DNA of 64,000 bases, taken from NCBI RefSeq assembly GCF_041956535.1, contig NW_027192200.1, forward strand, positions 453,477-517,476. The letters run 5' to 3'. A program made the translations under genes and the position numbers. This document shows, in pieces, positions 40,601-50,559 of this stretch. Below the pieces are notes generated by a model. That model saw only the letters and a list, made by a program, of their open reading frames with translations. It did no database searches and was not told the origin of the DNA. Source of the stretch: Calcarisporiella thermophila CBS 279.70. Lineage: Eukaryota; Fungi; Calcarisporiellomycota. Positions within the stretch are counted from its first letter, which is position 1; every line of letters starts with the position of its first letter.

Positions 40601-40951
40601 TATAACTTAGAGCGACGTTCTAAAGAAATGGGGGTCATAGACAGAAACAAGAATGAGAAAGCTTTTTAAGATTCTATCTCGTTCATTTAAAAATAAACCG
40701 TTAACCAATTTCTTTACAGTTTATATTATAATATTCTACGATGCCACTCGATCCATCACCCTAAGGCCAATCTTGCCCTTAATTTAGTCTAAGATTATTT
40801 AATTTCCAACCGTAGGCAGTTATGCCTATTTCTTTATTGTTTTTTTCTTGTCATTTGATTAAAATAGGGTTTATTACGAACCGAGAAACATAAAATGCAT
40901 TGGATGCACCATCACTGTCCTATTTTGTGTTGTTTTTTAGCCGCTTCACCA

Positions 40952-42651
40952 TCAAGCGGCATCCTTCATCTCTATATTTTTCAAAATGGTGATCATGAAT
41001 ATTTATAATAGGAATATGAAAGATAGATTGTAAAAGCTCACCTCGATCATTGTTTTTGCCATGCTCGGGTTCCGGATCCCGGTCTCTATGTCGCTTTTCG
41101 CGATCCCTATCCCTTTCTTTTTCCCTGCCTCTATCTGCTTCTTTACTTCTTGCTCTGTCACGGTCTCTCTCACGATCTCTTTCACGATCTCTCTCTCGGT
41201 CTTTCTCTCGATCCCTATCCTTATCCTTGCTTCTGTCTGTCTCTTTACTTCTGTCTCTATCACGATCTCTCTCTCGATCTTTCTCTCGATCTCTCTCCCG
41301 ATCTCTCTCCTTATCCTTGCTTCTATCCGCTTCTTTACTCCTGTCTCTATCACGATCTCTCTCCCGATCACGTCTGTCGCGAGTGCGATCTCGGTCCCGT
41401 TCATAGCCTGGACTTCGATCTCTAGAACGTGATCTTCGGCGTGAAGAACGATAACGATCTAAACATTGCATAAAGTTCAATAGTTAATATTCAATAAAAC
41501 ATAACTGGGACCTCTAAAAAATATACCAGAGGAGCGAGACCGACTCCTGCGTCTTCTTCTTGATTCGTGCTCCCTTCGTCGGTCATGGTCTCGACTTCTG
41601 GATCGAGGCGGTGTTCTTGACCGTGATGGAGATCGTGTCCGAGATCGGGAATGCGACCGAGCGCGACGCTTCCGGCGCCTGCGCTCCTCTGAATAATCAC
41701 GGTCATCTCTATCTCTAGAGGAGCGTCGGCGGCCGTTCTCTCCGGACGGCGGGGGTGAAGGAGTGTGTGTCACGATCTTGTTGGAAATGCGTTGCTGAGC
41801 TTCGCGGACGCGGCGCATTGCTTCAGAAGCTGCAGGTGAACTAAAGTTGGGCTGGGGTTTGGAGATAGGATTTTTTGAGTGGTTCACCCTGATGACCATA
41901 GGAGTAGAATCAATTAGGTATTAATGCGCGAAAGTGGGTCAACAGTATTTACTTACTTGATGGGTCGATCAGCTAGTATAGTGCCGGTCATTTCCATCGC
42001 TGCGCGCGCACCCTCCAGGGTTGCAAACTCCATGAATGCGAATCTTGTGGGCTGTGTTGCATCTCCACTCATTTTCAAATAAGCAACCGGGCCACAGTTC
42101 GAGAAGAATCGTATAATCTCCTCCTCGGGTAATGAGCTCGAAAGATTTCCAATATATACTGTGCGAGCGATTTCCTCAGCTTTAGCGGGATCATAATGCG
42201 CTAGCGGAAGCACAGGATTTATGGGTGCCTGATTTCCCCCGGATGCACTCTGACTGGCCGTGGTCCCTGAGGGGGCAATGGATGTCGTGGCAGTTACAAC
42301 AATAAGACGATCACCCAATTCAAGCCCGGATAGATGAAGAGCAGTAGTTGCGGCAGCGGGTGTTTGGAATTCAATCGTGCACTCTTTCAGCCCATCATGT
42401 TGACTAGCGAAAAGATTACATGTTAAAATCCGCCATTTCGAAAGCAAGAAAAACTCAAGATCTACTCAACCTGTTATAGAGCTTGAGATCTCGGATCTCT
42501 CCAAGGAAGCCGAAGAGACCTCGGAGAATGGGTTCGGTGACTAGCGAGGAGATATTGGCCACCTTTTGTATGGAAATTTTGTGATTTAGTAAGCATAATT
42601 TTGCATCCGGAAAGAGAACTAGGATTTCACCTTAACAACTTTGTCCGCCAT
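40952..42651 (-). CDS. SREK1: SR-related splicing factor with two RRMs and RS/RD tail (SREK1/SRSF11-like)
   Basis: VKVANIS...LFGFLGEIRDLKLY; AEEIARTVYIGNL; TRFAFMEF; EAMRRVREAQ; RS and RD/RE repeats. Confidence 0.82.
41080..41400 (-). repeat. Coding imperfect tandem repeat (RDRDRDRSKExDRSKDK units)
   Basis: About three repeated units at both DNA and protein level in the tail of the SREK1-like gene. Confidence 0.8.
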
Positions 42652-45189
42652 TTCGCGTTGGGTTTTCAACGAAGGGATTGGAAATTTGATTTCTACTTAA
42701 ATCCTCTCAATAGATTCTGTAGTTTGATTGGCCAGTGACTAGCCCAAGTTAGACAATAATATTGTAGATTCAACAAACTAATAAACTCTTGCAACCGAGA
42801 AGAGGCCATTGTGAATAATATACCACCCACCTTTGTCATTGGAAATATAAAAGGTCAGGTGTTCATTTTCACCTACTTCATTAGAATTGCTTAGGTTATA
42901 TAAGTGCTTTCGTATATTGATGCAGTTATAACTAGACAATCACCTAAAGCGGTGGCTTAAATGGAGTATTCGATATTAATGAATATCGCTTCAGATTATT
43001 TAAGAATTACTTGAGACGATAAAATCATTTACTGAAAAAATCAGATATTCTGGTCGATCCAATCTTTTATAAGTTTTGTTAATTTAATCCATTGTGTCTT
43101 CGCGGAAACTAAGGGTAGGCTAATTTTACTTACAAGGATTGAATCTAATAATGCTGAATTCTATTGAGAGATTTCATCCGTTAGTTGTTGGTTGCAATTC
43201 TTCATGGTGTATAAAAAGGCTTATAAAAAGGCCATGATATTTTCGAACAAACCCACAAGTGATTCGCCAGGTTTAAGTCGACATTCGTTCATTGTTTTGC
43301 TTGGATCCAACTTAGCAGACTTCAAACTCCTTGAGCTCTCGCCCGTCAATCTATATTTTTTGTCAACGAATTCTGTGCCAATTTTTGCGCCCGATCAAGT
43401 TTGCTCCCGCAGCACAGAGTCTCGTCCTCTAGATTGGGCAACCAACATCTATATCCTTAAGCGGTATCATGAGGAATAATGCTTGCACTCCTAATGCAAA
43501 CTAGCGTTGTGTCAAGTACAACAAATGCACTGTGCTGAATTGCTAATTACACTCCCGCCTGCTTCTGCCCCTGGTATCGCTATAGTTGCTTCGCCTCTGA
43601 ATCAGCCATAAAGCTCACAAAATGGGGTCACCTGGGCTATCCTTTGTATTGTAGGCTTTAAGAGCTTGTCCACTCGACTGTCCCTTGGATTATGGCGATT
43701 GACAAATCATTGTTCCAACCGCCCATGATGCCTTAGCCAAGGATAATAACGCCGGCTTTACACAGAAGTCTGAAGAGTTGGCCTCTCAAAGAGGTTTGGA
43801 GCCAACTAGGACCCCAACCATCTGCACCTATCTAACTAATCTAAGGTTGCTGTCTGTCTTGGATTGGAATTTCATGCATCCGAATATGGATTTATCACCT
43901 TGACCATATTTGCTATTATAGGCCTATCCTTTTATGTATTACCATTGTCAAGGGACTACGGTAGGGAGCCGCCACGTTGTTCCCCACCGAATATGAAGTT
44001 GCTTAGCAACATCGTTTTATTCTAGATTCATACTAAACACAACGGGAACACCGACGGATATAGGAGATTAAGGAGGGAAAGAAAAACGTTCTCTAGCAGA
44101 TTTGTGGTTCCAACTCGAGTATCGACCTATGAATCGCAATATGGCCTACAAGCAATAACCCTAACCCACTCGCGACAGCTGATATTACACTGTCGAACCA
44201 GCCCAGCACAGCAAATCCCTAAATCCCTCCATCTGTTTTCCAAAACTGAACGTCATTCCAACGTGGTATTTGCAAGTTCCAGTCTAAGCTTCTTCCGCTC
44301 TCCGAATCGTCTTTTTCCGTTGTAGCCAAGAGAGCGGCTGTAATGACTACAGTGGAAATGTGCACGGAGATTTTGAGCCAATTCTATGCCCCTCCGTAAT
44401 TGAAAGGGAAAGCGAAAGCATGTAGAATAAAGCTTATATAAAGTTTGTACACAATTATGCGGTCGGAGACGGTTTATCAATTGCGTAGCCACGAAGTTAT
44501 TGATTTTATGGATCCGGCTGCGAATGGTCGCAGATTAGACTAAAGTTCAACAAATAGGCCTTTCTTTTTACTGGGCGTCTAGCATTTCAAAACCTTGTTA
44601 ATATCTACCGTAAGCTAGTCACATATTCAATGGAAATATCTTATTGCGATAGCACGTGTAAGCTTGTTTGGGGATGATCTATAGCTCGCCTCTCAGTTCG
44701 TTCACAGAGCAGGCGAAAGTGCATGGTGCTATAGTGGGCTTCTTTGTGGAGATGGCTTCTTAGTCCTGAAGGATTTAATTGCGTCGGTTTCTCCCCAACT
44801 TTTGGTAACAAACAACTAATACACAGGAACATACACCCCCTATTGGGACAGTTTTCAGGCAAAAGCGGCACAGGCGTGCACCTCTGGGACGATTCTGACG
44901 TATACACTAGCCATTCGCTGCGCCGCTGTAGATTTTGACATATTTCCTGATAGAATTTGCCCTCGCCACTATTTAGGGTGTCTGAACACAACCGAGACCG
45001 CCAGCCCAATCCCTAGTGGTGTAGTTTTTAGCTCTAGGTTTGCGTGCGTAAATTGCTGTTGCGGACCTTATCGATTCACTAGTACAATGGCCGGGCCTTC
45101 TAAGCATTTTTGTTTGCTATTTTATTTGTTCGACCGCTGTACTTTTTTCATCCCTTCATTCTTTTTCATACTCCAAGATAACGAAAAGA

Positions 45190-46877
45190 ATGGGAGTCGA
45201 TTGGGACTATGATCCAAGCTACTCCATGAAAATGGAGGGCGAGGAGTCGCTCCGCCTCTTTGTAAATCTCAACGTCTCTCTAAACAGCATCTCGATATTC
45301 GCCGGCTCTCTCGTTATTCTTCTAATTCTCGCCATTCGCTCTTACGATGCCAAGTTAATGGACCGAGTGAGCCTGCGATTGACCGCGGCCATTAGTGCGG
45401 TACGCATTCTTTTCATTTACCCTTGCTTGCCGTTGTTTGATAATTCTGACTTGTCATTGTTATAAAGGTGGACGCCCTAAGGGCAGCAGGCTATATACTC
45501 TTCACCTACGTTCCCCCTAATGGCGGAGTCTGCGACTTTTCTTCATGGTAAGATAATAGGACTAATAGTTCTTCCAAGATTCTCTTCACTCTTACGGAAT
45601 AACCCTAAACCTTAAATTCTATATAATCTTGATTCATCCTAACTTTCCGGTTTCCCCAAATATTAGGATTGTCCTGTTTCTTACGAACTATTATGTATTT
45701 CTCACGTGTGCAATAGCATTCAACTTACAATGGGTCTTCATACATCAACGGCCATTCTACCAGAAATTTGAAATCGGCTACTTCCTAGTTTCGCTTGCAT
45801 TAGCTCTTGCCACCTCCGTAATCCCTTGGGCGTTTGGGCGTTTGGGTTGGGATGAGGGGCTAGCGGTCTGTTGGTACAAACACTATAGTAGCCTGCGCAC
45901 GATTGCCTGGGAATGGGGCACATTTCTCTCCTGGAATATTTTAGCCAATCTTTACTGCCTCATCGTGGTCATTTGGGTTGTAATCAAATTAGAGCATAAT
46001 TCGCGACGTCTACTCAAAGCCACCGCCTCCTCAACTCATGCCAGCTCGACAGATCGAGTCGATCTCTCTAGTACTGTGGATAGTCGAACTAGAAAAACCC
46101 AAACTCAACTGCGCAAGCTAGTGCTGCGAGTGTCTCTCTATGCTCTTATACCACTTGTTACTCAGGTAACCCTATGACGCTATACTCCATCCCTAACAAG
46201 CAGGATTGACTATTTATTTTCTCCAGGGCGGATGGTATATCCAAGAAATATGGTTCCAAACACAACACACACTCCTTCCTTGGCTTAATTATTGGGTGAT
46301 TGTGGGAACTGATAGTCCTGGTATAGTTCCTTTTTTCATCACCCTGTGTATTCAGGCCATTGATCTTAATTTCCTATCATCTTTAGGCATTTTTAACCTT
46401 TTCGCGTTTCTTCTCGACCCAGCACTACACAATTCGCTCAAAGTCATCCGGGACGATCTAATAGTAAAATATAGCGATGATATGCCCATGAATACATCGA
46501 AAGACCAGGGACAGCATCGTTTCCAGCGCTGGTTCGTACGCCGGTTTCTTGGTACAAAGAAAGTCGACGTTTCGGGCTCCACCTTTTATCGTATGGATTA
46601 TTCTCCGGCCTACTCCGTCAACCGCGTTGATGCAGATGCGCTTACGTTCGCCCATTTAGGAGACCCCGAAAAAGAGGATCTCTACGAGATGACTAAAGTT
46701 GAGCCTTGGGATGAAGAGCGTGGAACAGCAGGGTGGAATGGAGCCCACGCCGACGCTGCTCACCCTTGTGAAGATAGAGCTGGTAGAACGGCGAACCCTG
46801 AAAACACCTCTCAACGGATACGCGCCCTCCGTGAGAAAGAAAAAAGAAGAGTTTCTAGAATAGTGCGCGGTTTGTAA
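45190..46877 (+). CDS. 7-TM G-protein-coupled receptor-like protein (fungal cAMP-receptor/Git3-like)
   Basis: Seven hydrophobic segments; DRVSLRL, conserved Cys in GVCD and AVCWY, AIAFNLQ, RVSLY.LIP, G.FN..AFLLDP. Confidence 0.78.
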
Positions 46878-47318
46878 AATTTTTTTCTCTGTTTTTATAT
46901 ATTAGACGTTTGTATATTTATTAGCAACTATAATTTATCTTATACTTTTTTTTTTCATTATATCACTTTTTTATCTTAAAATTAATGAGTTTATACACTA
47001 ATGATTTGTCTCTTTTCTTTCGTATTTTGTTGTTTCTTTATGCGTACTTTTTCCTGTCGATGTTTAGTTTTTGTATACTTTGTTCTCTCCTTGTTCCGAT
47101 CCAGTCATTAAATCCGCTCCCACTTCACGAACTCTTCTTGTTTGCTTCACTTATCAGTTACTAATATTTTGAATACGAAGTCCTCTATAAATTATAGCCT
47201 GAGTGTGCACGCACCTAACTTTCATTAGAATTTTCCAATAAGCGAGATATCTAGATATTAAAAAATGAATTCTTTAACTTGCAATTGGCTATATTAGAGA
47301 TTCAAAGAATGAAAAAAA

Positions 47319-47391
47319 TGCTCCGAGTGAGGATCGAACTCACGACCTTGAGATTATGAGACTCACGCGCTGCCAACTGCGCTATCGAAGC
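47319..47391 (-). tRNA. tRNA-Met (CAT), elongator type
   Basis: GCTTCGATAGCGCAGTTGGCAGCGCGTGAGTCTCATAATCTCAAGGTCGTGAGTTCGATCCTCACTCGGAGCA forms a cloverleaf and is followed by a T7 terminator. Confidence 0.97.
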
Positions 47392-47481
47392 TTTTTAAAG
47401 AACGAAAGTTCAGTTAGAAAAAAATATAAAAAATAGAAAAAATGAAAATGAAAAATTTCAGTGAAAAAATGAAAAAATGAA

Positions 47482-47832
47482 GGGGAGGGTTAGTGTAGTG
47501 GACTATCCCTGGTATGTCGATGAGAGCGGCGTGGGTTTGAATCCCACTTCCCCCACCAGCACTTACTCTTAGCTTGTGACTACTGTCCACTTGATCAGAA
47601 ATTGAGTCTTCATAATTGAAAGGTCGCTCCTACGATAAGTACAAAGATTATATCGGTTTCACGTACATGCTATTCACGTACATGCTATTCACGACAACTA
47701 CAATACACGCATATTAATTGAACGCCTATTGATCAAGGACCTATATCTCGTTACGTTAAGTCCATTGACATTAACTTCATGTAATATATGGAAATTAAAT
47801 AAAAAGTTTCCATTGATTGATCAAAAAAAAAA
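47482..47832 (+). mobile_element. tRNA-derived SINE (~350 bp) with poly(A) tail and target-site duplication
   Basis: A box TAGTGTAGTGG (47491), B box GGTTTGAATCC (47534), ...CCCCACCA; AATAAA then A10 tail; flanked by ttcagtgaaaaaatgaaa at 47457-47474 and 47833-47850. Confidence 0.85.
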
Positions 47833-47850
47833 TTCAGTGAAAAAATGAAA

Positions 47851-48436
47851 GAATGGTCATGACCAGAAATGTACCCGCTGTAACCCTCCGGGGGACACCA
47901 TCCGTCATACCTTCTTCGAATGTCCCGAACTCACACCAGTGTGGCATTGGGCGGAGAGGTGTATCAACACATCGCAGGCCCCCTAAACACTCAGGTGCTG
48001 AACCCCAGGAATCTCGTACTTGGCGACCTACCAGAAGCCCCGAGGACAGTAAGAAACGCGGCTCAAATCGTCTTCGATTCGGTATTATGGCAAATCCATC
48101 GGGACCGAATCGCCTACCATTTCGAATGCACTCGAGCATCACCCGAGACAATCCTCGTCCGTGCCAAAATGGACATCGAGGAGGCTATCGGAGCTGAACT
48201 GATAAAGGCACGGAAAAAGACGAGAGATAGAGTTATTCCGAAGAAGGTGGTGCACTCAGGGAGCGGTAATAGAAAGTTCGGATAGAGCAAAACTAAAACT
48301 GGAGTGACGAAGCAACCCTTCCTCTCTCTCTATCCACTCTTTATCTCCTCTCCTCCTCTCTACTTCAGATGTTCTTGGGTTATATGATGATGTTTATGAG
48401 CTTCTCCGCTCGTTGCCACAATAGTGTAAATAAAAA
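47851..48436 (+). mobile_element. 5'-truncated, decayed non-LTR retrotransposon (L1/Tx1-like ORF2 C-terminus plus 3' UTR)
   Basis: QKCTRCNPP/DTIRHTFFECPELTPVW (zf-RVT CCHC motif across a frameshift), LVLGD...VLWQIHRDR; pyrimidine-rich 3' UTR; AATAAA at 48429. Confidence 0.75.
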
Positions 48437-48481
48437 TTATGAAATTTTTTAATCTGGTTAGTCTACAAAAATAAAATCAAT

Positions 48482-48563
48482 CGTCGCCTGCAGGATTCGA
48501 ACCTGCGCGTCCAAAGGACAATGCCTTAGCAGGGCACCGCGTTAACCACTCCGCCAAAGCGAC
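48482..48563 (-). tRNA. tRNA-Ser (GCT)
   Basis: GTCGCTTTGGCGGAGTGGTTAACGCGGTGCCCTGCTAAGGCATTGTCCTTTGGACGCGCAGGTTCGAATCCTGCAGGCGACG has a long variable arm and discriminator G, with a T-run downstream. Confidence 0.97.
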
Positions 48564-48649
48564 TATTGGAAAAAGTTAGAGAAAGTCTCGGTCCCGTTCT
48601 CACAATTGCAATTTTCATTATTAATTGGATTTCCAAATCCAAATCAGGA

Positions 48650-49609
48650 TAGGCTGGGTGGGGGGAGGGATGGTGTGGTGGACTATCCCAGGGATGCCGA
48701 ATAAAACGGCGTGCGTTCGAATCCCACTTCTCCCCCCCCCCCCAGCTATCACTATTAGATCGTGACCGCTGTCCACTTTGATCAATATTGAGTCTCTATT
48801 ACTTGAAATCCACGTTGACAAGCGACTCCTCAGATGGGAGATAGCTTGGATGTACTGGAAAAAGCGGCCGAGTGAATCCAAGCATAGGGCACTAAGATGG
48901 AGACTCTTGACACACAAATTGGTGACAGATATCATCACTAGTAAGTGGACTGGAGAACCTAATATTTGCAAGCGGTGCACAACCAACGCAGTGGAAACCA
49001 TTATTCATGCTTACCTGTAATGCCTGACCATAAATCAGCTATGGCAAACGGTAGACGGTTATGTCTGCCGCATTCTTGGAGTGAGAGCCCACGAATCAAC
49101 CAAGGAAGACAGACTATTCGGAACAGACTACAAAATCATGGGCTACCAACGGGAAGTAGCGTCAACGGTCCATGATGCAGCAATCTGGATCATCTATCGA
49201 TACAGACTATCGATAATAATGGATAGCGCCCAATCTAGCGAAATAGCGCTCGCTGAACAACTAGAACACGAGATGCAAAAAAAAGTGAGATCCAAATGGT
49301 AGTCAGCGTCCATAAAGGGTAAGAAAGAAGATTTTCTAAATTTGGATACCAGTCCAAGGAGACGAAATATCCTTCAACCAAAACACTTAGCTTTAATACG
49401 ACTATGCCGAATACCCTACCACCCGTATTCCAAGTTTTCCCCCCTTTTTTTCTTTTCCTCTCTCGTATACCACCTTCCTTGAAAAATAGGAAGGTATGCA
49501 CACTCTCTACTAATTTTTACATGTGTTTCTTGTTTCTAATGACTATCAAATCCCTTTATTATGAATGAAAAGGATGCTTTTTAATAAAGATCCTCCTAAC
49601 AAAAAAAAA
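48650..49609 (+). mobile_element. Chimeric non-autonomous retroelement: SINE tRNA-like head and core fused to a LINE ORF2 3' end, with poly(A)
   Basis: 48662-48808 is homologous to 47482-47621. It is followed by WKKRPSESKHRALRWRLLTHKL...CKRCTTNAVETIIHAYL*C (zf-RVT, one in-frame stop), a frame continuing to 49302, a 3' UTR, AATAAA and A9. Confidence 0.82.
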
Positions 49610-49713
49610 TCCAACTAAATTTTTCATCGTACACAGATAGCATGGTTGGTTTAGTGGTACAATTGCCGCGTAGGATAGTGAACTACGGATTCGAGAGCTG
49701 GAGACGCTAGGAA

Positions 49714-50399
49714 ATGAATGATGTTAAAACTGACAATGAGACGGGGATCGCTGTCGTTGAGAGTGGTGCTCTGCAGGGTAAGATTTACCTGGAGGCCTAT
49801 AAAGCAGGAAAATTTGCCCTTTCTGCAGGGTCATGCGTAAGTGTGGATATTGCGGGACAGGCAACCTGCGGTGGCTATGGGCATTATACCCGCACCTATG
49901 GCATTCTAACCGATAAGATTCTTGAGATTGAGGTGGTAACAATGGATGGAAATGTGTTGATTGCCAATCAAGATCAGAATGAGGATCTGTTTTGAGCGTT
50001 GCGTGGTTCTGGTACTGGTTTCTATGGAGTGGTCACTAAGTTAAAAATTAAACTGCACGAGGCCCCGCCAGCTATATTCAACTTTGGATTTTCAACTTGG
50101 ATTTATTAACTTCAAAAAAGTCTTTAAAGCATTCCAGGACTACTGTTTAACGGTGCCAATTAAAGTCAACTCCCGTAGTGGTCATTCAATTTGGAAATCT
50201 GACCCCAGTTGGTTCAATATTGGCCGATTGCAAGGAGGAAAGAGAAGAGCTAGTAGCAGATATGCTGAACAGGCTTCCGCCTCCAACAAATAAGGTTATT
50301 GCAAAAGTATCTTATATTGAATCCGTTGTGGAGTTGTCATTAACACGAACTTCAGCACCATGCTGGGATGATTTGAGGCAATTGAAGCGAGAGGGTTAG
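49714..50399 (+). pseudogene. FAD-linked oxidoreductase (FAD_binding_4/BBE-like) fragment
   Basis: AVVESGA..G, AGSCVSV.IAG...GGYG...R.YG..D.ILEIEVVT.DG, NEDLF*ALRGSG (TGA at the conserved Trp); later frameshift; N-terminus missing. Confidence 0.82.
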
Positions 50400-50559
50400 G
50401 ATACCATAATCATTGTACTTTATAAATGCTCTTAGGAAAATTTTGTACCATTTTGGTGGAATATAGATAATTAGAATTGCACAAATATAAATGGTATGTT
50501 AAATTTTATTGAGGATTCCACATCAGTTGGTGTAAAAAGTTACATATATATATGTTTCT

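Noticed and set aside
47482-47558. A third real tRNA gene (ends in CCA) or tRNA-Sec
   Set aside because: It has no anticodon arm or TCA anticodon and no poly-T terminator; it continues into a body with poly(A) and a TSD.
47658-47693. 15-bp tandem repeat (ttcacgtacatgcta x2.4) as a CRISPR-like array
   Set aside because: No spacers; it is a simple slippage duplication inside the SINE body.
48635-49614. TSD for the second element (aaatccaa on both sides)
   Set aside because: Only 8 bp in A-rich context and overlapping the poly(A); suggestive but not supportable.
49993-49995. TGA=Trp recoding or readthrough in the FAD oxidoreductase
   Set aside because: The fragment also has a frameshift and truncation, and other genes in the window use TGG for Trp and TGA as stop.
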